DNA of 64,000 bases. It comes from a virus. The DNA lies in IMG/VR virus record IMGVR_UViG_3300029309_000010, positions 21,137-85,136 of that record; one strand, written 5' to 3'. A program made the position numbers and the translations under genes. Shown in pieces: positions 10,149-21,338 of the stretch (position 1 is the first letter of the stretch; the number at the start of each line of letters is the position of its first letter). The notes beneath the pieces were generated by a model, which was not told the origin of the DNA, did not search any database, and saw only the letters and a list, made by a program, of their open reading frames with translations.

Positions 10149-11569
10149 GGCCTACCTCCTAAGTAATAAATATAGTCTTTTTTAAACTTTTCAGAATTTA
10201 CACCGAGAACTATTCCAGAGCTACTAATCGCAGGTGTATTTACTATGGTTTCATACAAAGGTTCTTGCAAAACCCCGCTAACCCTACTTAAAGCACCCAC
10301 CTGCATTTTTGAACCAAATAGCTTTACAGCTATGCTCTCCGACCCAGATATTCCTCTATGCTCTGAAAATTCTTGAACTGCTCCATCTACATCTCTTAAT
10401 CCTAAAGTTGCAAATGCATCGTCTCCAGTAGGTAGATATTGAAGTGTTCCATCTGGTTTCAAATATCCCACCTCTTCTTTTACAAATGTCTTAATACCAC
10501 TAGCTGATAAATTGTTATCAAAAGATCTATATATAAAATACCTATCTCCTTCTCCAGTGTTTACACTGCTGGAGTTAAAGAAGTTTCCTGTTAACATATC
10601 TCTACCCGTAGCAAAATCAATGTCTCCTGTTATTTCATATCTATATCCTGTTATGCCAGTTTGATATACTGTTGTTTGGCTATATCCAGTTATTCTCTTT
10701 TCTGTCTGCTCAGATGTAGATGACTCAGAGTAATCTCCTATCATTCCACTACCCAAAGCAAACATTGCTGATGGTGACGCATATCCAGAAACTAAAGCAA
10801 AAGAATTCAAACTAACATTTGATGCTCCAGATTTAAAATATTGCGCCTGATCAACTTCAAGTGTGCCATTATTAGATGGCCTTTCTATAGGCGACCCACC
10901 TAGATAAAATCCTGTATTACTTGAGATAGCGGAGGTGTCTACAAAGAACTCATCTTTTTGTATTTTGTTATTTAAGTAATCATACCTACACATTGAAAGC
11001 TGATTTGATCCAATAGAAAAAGATACCAAGTTTCTCTTAGATAACTCTAAAGAACTAGATGTATATATAAAATCACCCTGCTGATTAAATCCTTGATAAA
11101 AAAGCTTGCCTCTATCTGTTACTCCAAAATTATAACCTTTTGCTCCAGTTATAACATTTCCATTTATGGAAGTTGATGTTTTTTCTAATGATCCAAATAA
11201 AACACAGTTTTCTACGTTTGTATTAAAATCAAAATCAATAATAACAGATTGATTTGAATACGGCAAATTACTTGTTCCTGTTACTTTTATATTAGAACCA
11301 GTTAAATTTGCGCTATCTTCTTTTAATATAGTTCCAGTTGCAAATTTTTTAGATGAAGCTGGCGTTGATCCAAAAGCAATAAATATACCACTATATAATC
11401 CAGTATCTTTTGATGGCTCAGAATTTTCTATAACACTAAAATTTAATGTGCTTATCTGCCTGTTTCCCAAGTGTCTTCCACTCATTCCAGAAAATTCATA
11501 ATGAATCAAGAGTCTTTCACTGCCTCCGAAAGACTCCTGCATTGCATATTGTATACCTGACTGACTCAT
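10145..11569 (-). CDS. Virion structural protein, possible LamG/ConA-like domain
   Basis: Operon context and a beta-sandwich-like pattern (YNFGVTDRGKLFY...FYLGG). Start is placed at MSQSG, just after the upstream stop. Confidence 0.5.
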   Translation of the reverse strand: MSQSGIQYAMQESFGGSERLLIHYEFSGMSGRHLGNRQISTLNFSVIENSEPSKDTGLYSGIFIAFGSTPASSKKFATGTILKEDSANLTGSNIKVTGTSNLPYSNQSVIIDFDFNTNVENCVLFGSLEKTSTSINGNVITGAKGYNFGVTDRGKLFYQGFNQQGDFIYTSSSLELSKRNLVSFSIGSNQLSMCRYDYLNNKIQKDEFFVDTSAISSNTGFYLGGSPIERPSNNGTLEVDQAQYFKSGASNVSLNSFALVSGYASPSAMFALGSGMIGDYSESSTSEQTEKRITGYSQTTVYQTGITGYRYEITGDIDFATGRDMLTGNFFNSSSVNTGEGDRYFIYRSFDNNLSASGIKTFVKEEVGYLKPDGTLQYLPTGDDAFATLGLRDVDGAVQEFSEHRGISGSESIAVKLFGSKMQVGALSRVSGVLQEPLYETIVNTPAISSSGIVLGVNSEKFKKDYIYYLGGRP

Positions 11570-11570
11570 A

Positions 11571-13160
11571 TTAATAATATCTACTTGTGTTAAATGATAT
11601 AGTATCATCATTTAGAGTGCTGCTTTCACTAAAGGTAAATATCCCCGTCAGATGACCGCTTATTACTTCTTTCAACTTATCTAAATTGCCAGTATCACCT
11701 TCACAATTTGCGGATACTTGAAATTCACCAGCTGTCCTATTGTTTATTTTTTGTTTAGCGAAACCACCTAAACTTGGAACAATCCCGCTTAACTCAAGTG
11801 GTTTTTTGTCAGTTATAGAAACTTTAAGTCCAGATAATGTTCCAGAAGACAAATCAACTCTATTGTCAAACTGAACTTCATATGTTATAGAGCTTTGGCT
11901 AGGTTTTTTATTTATACTTCTAGATAAAGGCTCTGGATTAATATAGTCTCCACTAATGTGATATCCAGTAGCATCTCCAGTAAAGTCTTGTAAAGCCTCT
12001 ACTGCTAAATTTAAAAATCCAGAACCCACAGATAACCCACTAAATTGTTCGTCTACTTGTAAAAATCTACTACCAGTAGCTGGATCACCAGTTCCTAATA
12101 CATCAAAAGGAGAATTGTATATAAATTCACCATTTACTGTTACATTTACTTTTGAGCTATCTTTGCTCGCTGAAACAGAAGAAGATCTCTTATGTAATAC
12201 GTTCCCAACTTGATCAATATTTTCTGGATCAGAAAAAACATAATTAAAATCAACTTTATTCGCTCCGCTGTCTATTGTAAAAGATGCTGTTTTAGGTCCT
12301 CTCTCTATAAAGGTATAAGCACCACTTTCATAATTTGATAAAGATGAAGCTACAGAATTTATCGCTAATTCTGTTGCTTGAGTTGCTGTGAAAGCCCCTG
12401 TATCTATTAACCCATCGTTTTTGACAGCTCCCATGTTCCCCTGAACACTCGCTGTAACATTAACAGTTATACCATTTTCTTTCTCAAATGCTATTTGAGT
12501 ATTTGAAGTTAAAATACCCTCTGCACCACTTCTAGTGTTGTATTTATATACTTCTGATATCTCATATGAGCTTTGAGCCTTATCTATATTCTCTGATCTA
12601 GAAGTTAAATAACCTGTTTGCCCAGTCAAAAATAAAGATAAATTTTGATATCCTCCAATTCTTGAGTTTACAAAATTTCTAGCATTCAAAAGGGCATCAT
12701 TTCCATCTACCTTCAATCCTTTTGCTGACACCCTATGAGAAGCTTCAACTACATTTCCATCAGACTCACTGAATGACCAAGTATCAATTGGGTCTGATAT
12801 TCCAAAAAACTCAGAAAATGTTCCAGAACTATATGATTGAAAATTAACAGAATAAGGTAATACGGTTGTTAAGTCTGAATCTGAAAAAGAAATTGATTGA
12901 GGTTTTGATTTTAAAAAAACTTTATCTTCTACTGAGTTTGATATTGTTAATGTTTCAAAAGTTGATAAAAGACCACTAATCATTTGCATTTTTTGCAAAT
13001 CTAATGCTTTTAAATCTTCACCAGTTAAATTTCCAACTAATTCTATCGAGTCAACAAAGTTGTCTACTTTTCCTTTGGCATAGACAGGCTCTACTCCCTG
13101 ACCAACAAATGGAATTGGCTTTGGGAAACTATAAGATCCATATGTAATTGATTCAGACAT
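11571..13160 (-). CDS. Tail tip structural protein
   Basis: 529-aa ORF, second gene downstream of the tape measure. Confidence 0.5.
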   Translation of the reverse strand: MSESITYGSYSFPKPIPFVGQGVEPVYAKGKVDNFVDSIELVGNLTGEDLKALDLQKMQMISGLLSTFETLTISNSVEDKVFLKSKPQSISFSDSDLTTVLPYSVNFQSYSSGTFSEFFGISDPIDTWSFSESDGNVVEASHRVSAKGLKVDGNDALLNARNFVNSRIGGYQNLSLFLTGQTGYLTSRSENIDKAQSSYEISEVYKYNTRSGAEGILTSNTQIAFEKENGITVNVTASVQGNMGAVKNDGLIDTGAFTATQATELAINSVASSLSNYESGAYTFIERGPKTASFTIDSGANKVDFNYVFSDPENIDQVGNVLHKRSSSVSASKDSSKVNVTVNGEFIYNSPFDVLGTGDPATGSRFLQVDEQFSGLSVGSGFLNLAVEALQDFTGDATGYHISGDYINPEPLSRSINKKPSQSSITYEVQFDNRVDLSSGTLSGLKVSITDKKPLELSGIVPSLGGFAKQKINNRTAGEFQVSANCEGDTGNLDKLKEVISGHLTGIFTFSESSTLNDDTISFNTSRYY

Positions 13161-14707
13161 TATGCATCTAAAAATAAATAATTTATAGTTCTAGTAGCAG
13201 AACCCTCTCCTAAATTAACCGAAAAAACATCTGAAGTTATATGAATAATGTTTTCATCTACTAATTCATTTAAAGATGATGTTTTTGATTCTAATATTTC
13301 TTTCGCTCTATTTATTCCAGCAGTTTGACTAACAACTGCATCTGCCCTAACGGTCGCTTTTCCTACAGTTTTTAAATTACTCTGGACTATTTGATCTTCA
13401 AGAGTTTCCAAAGCAAGGAATTTATCTATTCTTTTTATTTGGTGATTTTTAGTTAAAGTCTTTTTTAATTTCAGCAAGCCATCATCTGTAGAATTATATG
13501 AATCATCAGTAGTAAATACAACTGACTCATTTATTTTCCCATCTGATTTTAAAAAACTAGTTTGTCTGCTTTTTTCAAAATATGGAACTGTAGGGTGGAA
13601 TAGTCTTTGTATCTTATCTATGTAGGTAGTATTTTCATTTATCCAAGACTGCCTAGAGTTTTTAAATTTTTCCAAAATATTTTTTCCATTAGAATTATAT
13701 TCTACACTTAAAGTAAACTCATTAAATTTTCCTTTCTTTACTTTTTGACCAGAATAATCAATAATATCTGATTGAGATTTTCTTGGGTCAGTAGAAAATG
13801 AAATGCTTAAATTAGCTTTGGTGTTATCTCTAGAGATACCTTTTGTTATAGAAAACGGAGTTCCAAATTCAGCTTCTTCTTCTGATATTTTTAGATCAAT
13901 GATTGCAGATATGGCTTTAGATAAAATATTTTCAGAATCTAATCTAAGAGCTGTTAAATCTATATTAAATATTTTTGTTAAAAATCCTTTATCATCAATT
14001 TGCAAATTTACAGTTTCTTTTTTTCCTACATTTAGAGTCTGATTAATAAAGGAAGTGTCTATTTTCTCAGATAAAGAAACACTTAAATTAATAAGATCAT
14101 AAGTTTCTGTAATTATTCCTCTAAAGTCTTTATCTATTGTTGCATTTTCTGATATACCATCTTGCTGAAATCCAAAGTTTGGTCTATTAGCAAAATAATA
14201 ATTAGTTAAAAATGTTTTAGCATTATTTAAAAATTGATCTCCAGCCTCTTGTTTATATTGTATACTAATATTTCTATTGGAGCTGTAATCTGGCCCACTC
14301 CTAGAAAAATCATACGATTCAGAAAAGTTTTCTAAAGCATGTGGGTTTGGTATGAATTTAGCGAATTGAGTCCCTGCATATCCATCTAACCTTCTAGATT
14401 CTTCTATAGAAATATTAACATTCTCTGATCCGACTAAAGATCCTGCCTCAAAATTGTAAGATGTTATTCTCCCATTTAAATATTCATCTGCTCCTATTCT
14501 GGCTGTTATGTTTTGTCTGTTGTAAACACTTGAAATAGCGTCTCTTCCTTTTAATAATGTCGTATCATTTTTTACTACATTAATGTCAGATATATTAATT
14601 ACATAATTACCTACTACATTATAAGAAAACAATTCCTCTGTATTTAAATAATTGTAACTTATCTCAACAGATGAGGATAATACATTTGTTACTATTAGTG
14701 AGGACAT
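13160..14707 (-). CDS. Tail tip/distal tail structural protein
   Basis: 515-aa ORF immediately downstream of the tape measure. Confidence 0.5.
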   Translation of the reverse strand: MSSLIVTNVLSSSVEISYNYLNTEELFSYNVVGNYVINISDINVVKNDTTLLKGRDAISSVYNRQNITARIGADEYLNGRITSYNFEAGSLVGSENVNISIEESRRLDGYAGTQFAKFIPNPHALENFSESYDFSRSGPDYSSNRNISIQYKQEAGDQFLNNAKTFLTNYYFANRPNFGFQQDGISENATIDKDFRGIITETYDLINLSVSLSEKIDTSFINQTLNVGKKETVNLQIDDKGFLTKIFNIDLTALRLDSENILSKAISAIIDLKISEEEAEFGTPFSITKGISRDNTKANLSISFSTDPRKSQSDIIDYSGQKVKKGKFNEFTLSVEYNSNGKNILEKFKNSRQSWINENTTYIDKIQRLFHPTVPYFEKSRQTSFLKSDGKINESVVFTTDDSYNSTDDGLLKLKKTLTKNHQIKRIDKFLALETLEDQIVQSNLKTVGKATVRADAVVSQTAGINRAKEILESKTSSLNELVDENIIHITSDVFSVNLGEGSATRTINYLFLDA

Positions 14708-14721
14708 TTTTATTTATGATA

Positions 14722-17700
14722 TTATTCTTTCTCAACTAAAGCCATTCTAGCTTCAAGGTCAGATATTTTACCTTCTATGTTATTTATCATAGTCTCTTGT
14801 CTACCTACAAATTGTTGCTGTGTATCAATTAATGTATTAGTATCTTTTATAGTATCTGTGATATTTGTGCTAAAGTTTTTAAATGTAGCTAAACCTTTTG
14901 ATGCAGTTTGTAATTCTTTTGTTAATTCTAATACAATTGTAGTAACATTACCTGCGTCTTCATCTCCCTTGAACATTTTATTTAGATTTGCAAAATTGCT
15001 TTTCGCCTCTCTCATCTCTGCACCCAAATTCTTCTGTGCTTCTTCTAACTGATCTATAGACTCTGTATCTCTTCCCGATTGAAGATTTTGCAATTCAGTA
15101 ATAGCGCCTCCACCAGCTTGACTTCCAATTATATCTCTTGAAGATTGTGTCCCTATTAACGACCTCTCTATAGTTTGGTCTATTCCCTGTAAAACTTCTG
15201 CCAACCCTTCATCTAGAACCCTTAAACCATCTAATACGTTTACTTTATCAAAACCTCCTTCAGCTAGTGCAGCTTTAACTTTTTCTAGTTCTCTAGCTAT
15301 GCCAAGCGCCTCTTCTTCTGTGAAATCTTCTGAACCTCTCGCCTTTCTTTTGTTTTCTGCGCCACCAATAGCTGAACGTAGTGCTTCAACAGATGGCATT
15401 ATGTTAGATATGTTTGTCCCTCTTTCTCCTTTCGCAATAGCACTGATTTCAGATAGTGTTCCCTTAGTATTACCAGTTCTTATTTCGGCGATTCTTTTTC
15501 TATTCTTCTCCATTTCATCACTGGCCTTAACAACTCTGTTAGCGAAGTTCACCGCCGCATTTTCAACTTTTGCTTTTAAGTTGTCACCAGCTTTATTTAT
15601 ATCTTGTTGAAGTTTTTCTAATTCACCCTCATCTGCGCCCCTCCTTTCTGCTCTATCGAATTCAAGTTGAGCATCAGCTCTGGCTTGTTTAGCCACGTTT
15701 ACGTCTGCTAACATTGCCTTTTGCTCAGAAGCTGCTCTAACAGCATCTCCCATAGGCCCAGTTGCAAAATCTCCCAACTGGGACCTCATTGTTGCTTTAG
15801 ACAATTGATCTGCTGTAATTTGAACCATATCTTTTCTACCATTAGCCAAATCACTTGTTGCCCTTTGTAATTCTAAATTTGCTCTAAATATTTGTTCCTT
15901 AAGAGGGTTTACTCTTGCATTATACTTTCTTTCAGCTTCTGCACTGCTAAACATTTCTCCTGATGCAGCCTTAGCTGCGTCTATTAAAGCTTTTTGTGCA
16001 TCTTTTATTTTTTTAAGACCTACTGTTTCTCCTTTAGCCTGTGCATCAATTTGATCTGCCCTATTTTGCAAAGCTTTATTATATCTATCTAATAAACCTT
16101 GAGCTTGCTCATTTCCTTCGGCAGCAGCTACTTTATTTAAATTCTCTACAACTGATCTATTGAAATCACCCACCGACATCCCAAGGCTTCCTTCTTCTCT
16201 AGCTTTTGTCTTACTTTCTATTTTTCTATTATCGACTTCTATGTCTGCCATGTCAGCAGAACCTTGAAAGACTTTATCTCCAGCAAAGGCACCAATAGCT
16301 CCACCTATCAAAGCTCCAACAATAGGTATAGGAATAGCAGCCTGACCTATAAGTGCGCCAGCTGCTGCCCCGCCCATAGTCGTTGCTGATTCCTTAATTC
16401 TACCGCTCTTTTGTTTGCCCTCTAAATCTTTGTCAAGCAATGTGCTCCCTATTTGAAAAGCTCCAACACCTAGAGTTCCAGCAACTCCCAGTCTTCCAGC
16501 TAGCTTGCCTCCTCCTTGCATTAAAAGTTTGTTCCGTGCGGCTTTCCCCCCGATGCCCTTTTTGCCACTCATAGCACCCGCTCTCTTGGCAGCGCTTAAT
16601 TTTTTTAGATTTCCTTTACCAGCAATCAAATTCCCTGCAAAACCTCCCACTTTTCCTCCAGTAAGCATATTTAAAGTAGCAAATGCTGATAAAGCAATAA
16701 ATGCCTTATTAGCACCATCAGCTAATTTAACTATAGCGTCTGCTCCCCTTTTTTCTTGCTCTGTTTTACGCTCTATTGATTTTATATTATTTTGCAATGC
16801 ACTAAAGCTAGTCTTGTCAATCGCAGCTCTTTCTTTTAGTGATTGTATTCTTGATTCAGATTCGTCCTGAATCACATTGTCACTTTGCTCAACACTCGAA
16901 GTAAAAGTATTTAACGCTCCCTGTAATAAACCAATCCCCATAAAAAGTCCAATTCCAGCTCCACCTCCACTTCCAGACCCACTCCCGCTTTTACTTGTAG
17001 CGCCTTTAGCAAACTTCGGCATAAATCCTCCAGCAAAACCTTTTTTACCTGCTGTAAGTCTCCTCCTTGGTTGTATAGTAAATTTTTTATCATTAGCTAA
17101 TTTTTTAGCAAAGCTAGCTACACTATTAGCTCCAGCGTTTTCTTTATAATCAAATATGTTTGCCGATTTAGGCGTGACCCCAAAAAGTTTTACTGTATCT
17201 GCTCTTTTTTCAGCAGAAACTCTTTTTATATCAAAATCTCCACCATCTACTTTTCTTGCTGGACTTATGCCAAGACCAACATTAACAGCAGCTTCAAAAG
17301 CAGCACCAACAGCCCCTCTTAACGCGCCCTTCCCCCCTCCTTGCCTTTGCAGCATTCTTCTTATTTCAGAAGGTTTTGGCTTGCCCAAAAGAGGACGCAA
17401 TAATCCTGCATAATTTGCTGCACTTTTACTTATGCTATCTGTTACGTTTTTTCTTAATCTTTCATCTTGAGGATCAGCTGCTTGATCAACAGCTTTAGGA
17501 ACTTTTGGCCCAAATACACCTAATTTTTTACCATACTCAAAGCCCATTGGCTTCCCCCTAAATTTAAATCTTCCGCGAGTTCCAGCAGGTATGCTTCCAC
17601 TAAATCCAATGCTTGGCACAAGCATCGCAGAGTTTTGTGGGTTAACTACAGCCACATCTTCCATGTCTTGTCCTTTAAGAGATCTTTGTCTTCTTAAAGC

Positions 17701-19620
17701 AGCAGCTTTCGCATCTCTATCCGACTGTGCAGAACCTCTTCCTATGCCAGCGAATTTTTTAGTGCCCATAAAACCCTTCAAGGCAGAGCCGCTCATTTGA
17801 CTAATTTGAGCAGGATTTTTTCCTAACATTCCCCCTATAGCATATCTAGGCAAATTTCCTCCTGCATACATAGGTATAACGGCAGAGTTCCCACCAGCAA
17901 AGTTGGGTATCTCCATCTCTGCGTTATTCATAACGAATCTTTGCCCGTTTATTCTGCCTTTTCCAAAATGAGCCTGAACATTAGGTGGCGCTCCAAGCAT
18001 CCTAGCCGTTGCTTCTTCTTCTAAAAATCCTGTTGCAAAAGCCCTGCCTCTTCTACCTCTAGTAAAAACACCTGAAGCAGATACTCCACTAACCCCTCTT
18101 GAAGCAGCAGCTGCGGCCAAAGATCGCATTAAAGTAGCTTGAGTTTGCAGAAGAGCATTTTCTCTCTGTATAGCTTGTATAACAGCTTGTTCTTTTTGAG
18201 CTTGACTGGCTGTCGTGCTTGCGATCTGCTTCCTTAAGTTTCCATCTCTTTGCAAAAGCCCAACTATTCCAGTTTCAATATTTTTTATTCTTTCGCTTTG
18301 TGTTCCTATAGTGAACAAAGATTTAAGGCCATCTCCAGCAAACTTAGCTACTAATTTAAATATTTTAATAAAAGCTCCAGTAAATATAACAATAGCAGGA
18401 CCACTTAAAAATGATCCTATAGTTTTAAATAAACCTTTTACAAATACATTTCCCTTCTCTGGATCTAGAGCAGAGTCTAAGGCTTCTGTGATCTTGCTGG
18501 CTATGCCGACTAAACCCTCAACAACAGGACCGAATGTTATGCTACCTATTTTTTCAGATAAGCTAGTAAGCCCTTGAACTAATGAATTTATTTGAGCCGA
18601 AATTGTTTTGTTTAGTGCCGCATTTTTTTCAAAAGCTTCATTCGTTGCATTTGCAGCAGTTTGAGCCGCACCTTTAAATATAGAGGTCTCACTACTTAAA
18701 TCTTTTAAGGCAGCACTGACTACGTTAATTTGAAAAACCCCACCAGCTAGCTCTTTTATTTTAGATACAACAGTTGGATCTGATATTCCCTCTATGGCTT
18801 TTGAAAGAGCATTTAGCTTTTGAATTCCTGTCTGACTAGCATCAATCGCAACTCCTAATTCTTTTAATTCTTCAATTGTTGTTCCGCGCTGTAATCTTGT
18901 AAAAATTGATTTAAATGCGTTACCAATAACAGCACCACCTCTGGCCGTCTTCTGTTCAACAGCTGTAACAAGACCAAGCAATTGGTCAAAACTTACTCCC
19001 GCATCCTCTGCCGTAGATCCAGCCCGACTAAATGCCTCTGCCAAATCTTGAGCAGAGACAGCAAATGCTGTATCAACAGCAACTAATTTATTTACAATTT
19101 GATTAGCACTCAGTCCAGCGGAAGCAAATCCATTGATGGCAGCAGTTAAAGCTTTAACAGATTTTTCTGCATCTAATCCAGATATTCTTGTTAATACCAA
19201 AGACGCTTTTAATCTTTTAGCTGTTTCCTCTGCACTTAAACCCTGCCTAGCTAATTCAGCAGCACCATCAGCTACAGTCCCAAAAGCTTGACCAGTTTCC
19301 TTGGCTACTGCAAAAATAGAGTTTCTAAATTTGTTAAACTGAACATCAGTTGCTTGGAATATAGAGTTTATCTCTACCAGCTTTTTTTCTACCTCAATAG
19401 TGGTCGAAACTAATTTTTTAAATGATTGGGTGACACTGTTCAGAACAGCGGTTGTTGCTCCGAAAGCAAAAACACGCGCAGTAGAGGCGTCTAGAGATTT
19501 TTGAAACTCAGAAGCCTGTCCTGTAATTCTTCCTAGAGCTTGCTGAACCTGCTTTGTAGAGGCGTTTAAACTCTGTGGATTAAGACTTACATTTAAAGAA
19601 GCATTTAAACTAGTGGGCAT
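14722..19620 (-). CDS. Tail tape measure protein (TP901-like core)
   Basis: 1632 aa, Ala/Gly-rich and helical. Contains 'ELARQGLS', 'VDTAFAVSAQDLAEAFSRAG' and 'GAVIGNAFKSIFTRL'. Confidence 0.9.
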   Translation of the reverse strand: MPTSLNASLNVSLNPQSLNASTKQVQQALGRITGQASEFQKSLDASTARVFAFGATTAVLNSVTQSFKKLVSTTIEVEKKLVEINSIFQATDVQFNKFRNSIFAVAKETGQAFGTVADGAAELARQGLSAEETAKRLKASLVLTRISGLDAEKSVKALTAAINGFASAGLSANQIVNKLVAVDTAFAVSAQDLAEAFSRAGSTAEDAGVSFDQLLGLVTAVEQKTARGGAVIGNAFKSIFTRLQRGTTIEELKELGVAIDASQTGIQKLNALSKAIEGISDPTVVSKIKELAGGVFQINVVSAALKDLSSETSIFKGAAQTAANATNEAFEKNAALNKTISAQINSLVQGLTSLSEKIGSITFGPVVEGLVGIASKITEALDSALDPEKGNVFVKGLFKTIGSFLSGPAIVIFTGAFIKIFKLVAKFAGDGLKSLFTIGTQSERIKNIETGIVGLLQRDGNLRKQIASTTASQAQKEQAVIQAIQRENALLQTQATLMRSLAAAAASRGVSGVSASGVFTRGRRGRAFATGFLEEEATARMLGAPPNVQAHFGKGRINGQRFVMNNAEMEIPNFAGGNSAVIPMYAGGNLPRYAIGGMLGKNPAQISQMSGSALKGFMGTKKFAGIGRGSAQSDRDAKAAALRRQRSLKGQDMEDVAVVNPQNSAMLVPSIGFSGSIPAGTRGRFKFRGKPMGFEYGKKLGVFGPKVPKAVDQAADPQDERLRKNVTDSISKSAANYAGLLRPLLGKPKPSEIRRMLQRQGGGKGALRGAVGAAFEAAVNVGLGISPARKVDGGDFDIKRVSAEKRADTVKLFGVTPKSANIFDYKENAGANSVASFAKKLANDKKFTIQPRRRLTAGKKGFAGGFMPKFAKGATSKSGSGSGSGGGAGIGLFMGIGLLQGALNTFTSSVEQSDNVIQDESESRIQSLKERAAIDKTSFSALQNNIKSIERKTEQEKRGADAIVKLADGANKAFIALSAFATLNMLTGGKVGGFAGNLIAGKGNLKKLSAAKRAGAMSGKKGIGGKAARNKLLMQGGGKLAGRLGVAGTLGVGAFQIGSTLLDKDLEGKQKSGRIKESATTMGGAAAGALIGQAAIPIPIVGALIGGAIGAFAGDKVFQGSADMADIEVDNRKIESKTKAREEGSLGMSVGDFNRSVVENLNKVAAAEGNEQAQGLLDRYNKALQNRADQIDAQAKGETVGLKKIKDAQKALIDAAKAASGEMFSSAEAERKYNARVNPLKEQIFRANLELQRATSDLANGRKDMVQITADQLSKATMRSQLGDFATGPMGDAVRAASEQKAMLADVNVAKQARADAQLEFDRAERRGADEGELEKLQQDINKAGDNLKAKVENAAVNFANRVVKASDEMEKNRKRIAEIRTGNTKGTLSEISAIAKGERGTNISNIMPSVEALRSAIGGAENKRKARGSEDFTEEEALGIARELEKVKAALAEGGFDKVNVLDGLRVLDEGLAEVLQGIDQTIERSLIGTQSSRDIIGSQAGGGAITELQNLQSGRDTESIDQLEEAQKNLGAEMREAKSNFANLNKMFKGDEDAGNVTTIVLELTKELQTASKGLATFKNFSTNITDTIKDTNTLIDTQQQFVGRQETMINNIEGKISDLEARMALVEKE

Positions 19621-19639
19621 ATAGTGTATTTTACACCTA

Positions 19640-20512
19640 TCAGCTTAAAAAGTCCTCTGCTTTCAGTTCGCCACCCCTAGCTTTTGCTTTTGCTTTTAAA
19701 TCACTTACTCCATGACTAACTTTTGCATCATTATGCTCTTTTTCCTCATAATCAATCATTTTTACAGGGTCTCCATATATTTCATCTGGAATCCTAGTAT
19801 TTTTCATCTTTTGAAATAATGCGTTGCTCAATATTAATAAATTTTTTTGAAAAGATGTAATTGTTGAAAAATTCTTACCTATCATTTTCATGCCCCCACT
19901 TTTTTCAGCAACAAATAAATCAAAAAACCCCCCGTGATAAGATGCATTTAGTATGCATTCTTTACTATTGAGTTCGTTGTATTTTTTAAACAATTGTATT
20001 GTAATCAAAACCTCATGATCTTCATCATATTCTTTTTTAGTCAAAGACTCGTTAGAATAAACAGAAGAATCAACCATTCTTTTTATTTTTTTTACTTCTG
20101 CTGCATGTTCCGCACTATATGAAGTTATTTTAGACCTATCTTCTTTTATGCTCTTGAGTTCATCTTCTTGATTTTTAATCTGCTGCAAAAAGAACTTTTT
20201 CTGATTTACATCTTGTATTTTAGATAAAGCACTATTGGATTTTTTTAAAGTCCAACTCAAAGACTTTAATTTCTCTTCTTTGTTTATTGACCAAAATCCT
20301 TTTTTTATAGCATGGTCAATTAATTCTTTCTCTGATTTAATTCCAGAATTAATAGATTTTTTTATATCTATCTCAGAAAGATACTCTAATTCAAGCATCC
20401 TAACAACTGTAAAATGCTCAAAATAATAGTTTTTATCTTTACATTCTAGGATGCTTTTTCCTTCTATTATTTCAAATAGATTTCTTGAGTGACTAAGATC
20501 ATTGGCCTTCAT
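19640..20512 (-). CDS. Probable tail assembly chaperone
   Basis: Charged helical protein immediately upstream of the tape measure. Confidence 0.4.
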   Translation of the reverse strand: MKANDLSHSRNLFEIIEGKSILECKDKNYYFEHFTVVRMLELEYLSEIDIKKSINSGIKSEKELIDHAIKKGFWSINKEEKLKSLSWTLKKSNSALSKIQDVNQKKFFLQQIKNQEDELKSIKEDRSKITSYSAEHAAEVKKIKRMVDSSVYSNESLTKKEYDEDHEVLITIQLFKKYNELNSKECILNASYHGGFFDLFVAEKSGGMKMIGKNFSTITSFQKNLLILSNALFQKMKNTRIPDEIYGDPVKMIDYEEKEHNDAKVSHGVSDLKAKAKARGGELKAEDFLS

Positions 20513-21308
20513 CTAAAGACTTTTCGTTATCTACATCAAATAAATCTTTCATAGCTTTATCAATAGATTCCTGATCAGTCCCTAGTTTATTATAGTATAT
20601 GCTAGCGACCTTAATTAATGTATCAAAACAGTCTTCATACAATTTTTGAGACCTAACAAAAATTGCATCTTCAAGCTGATCGTCAGAAGGGTCTTGCAGA
20701 CTTATCATATACCTTCTTTTTTGCTCGTAGGAGTCTCCTTCAAATATAGGGAATAATTCTTTTTTTTCATTCAAGGTTTGCTCAAAAAAAGAAAAGTTAA
20801 GAACAATCCACTCTATTACTTTAACTTCTGCTTTTGCATCTGCTGTTTGACTAAACTGTGCCCTCATGTTAGTCTCATAATCATGTATAGCAGTCTTTGT
20901 AGCAGCGAATATTGCTTTTGCCTCTTTTAGTTGCTCTTCTTGTGCTTCGGTTAAATCTTTAGCTCCTGCAAAAAACTCTATGGTTCTAGAAGCCTCGATA
21001 TTATCCATAACAGTTTGTTCCATGCCCTCTTGTGTTGTTTTTGAAGTGATACCTCCTATATCACCCATTTTTTTAGACAACATTGCTTTTGTTAAAAAAC
21101 CAGCATTTATAAATTCATTGAATTTTTGACCGTAGAAAAATTCAGCATCTTCTAAATCCATGATGGAAGGCTTTAAAAAAACAATCTTGTTTTTAAGGGT
21201 TTCCTTAACTATTTTGGTTGTTTCTACTGAACCTTTTTTAGTTTTTTTTATATGAGGAACCTCTTTTTCTATAGTCCTTTCGGAGTCGAATGAATACAAT
21301 TCTTTCAT
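20499..21308 (-). CDS. Probable tail assembly chaperone
   Basis: Lies between the tube genes and the tape measure; helical and acidic. Confidence 0.4.
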   Translation of the reverse strand: MKELYSFDSERTIEKEVPHIKKTKKGSVETTKIVKETLKNKIVFLKPSIMDLEDAEFFYGQKFNEFINAGFLTKAMLSKKMGDIGGITSKTTQEGMEQTVMDNIEASRTIEFFAGAKDLTEAQEEQLKEAKAIFAATKTAIHDYETNMRAQFSQTADAKAEVKVIEWIVLNFSFFEQTLNEKKELFPIFEGDSYEQKRRYMISLQDPSDDQLEDAIFVRSQKLYEDCFDTLIKVASIYYNKLGTDQESIDKAMKDLFDVDNEKSLDEGQ

Positions 21309-21338
21309 TTATATATTATATAAATAAAAGCATAAATG

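Noticed and set aside
14777-18577. Plus-strand ORFs inside the tape measure gene
   Set aside because: Antisense shadows of an Ala/Gly/Lys-rich gene.
19640-21308. Programmed frameshift between the tail chaperone genes
   Set aside because: No clear XXXYYYZ slippery heptamer at the overlap, and the second ORF has its own ATG.
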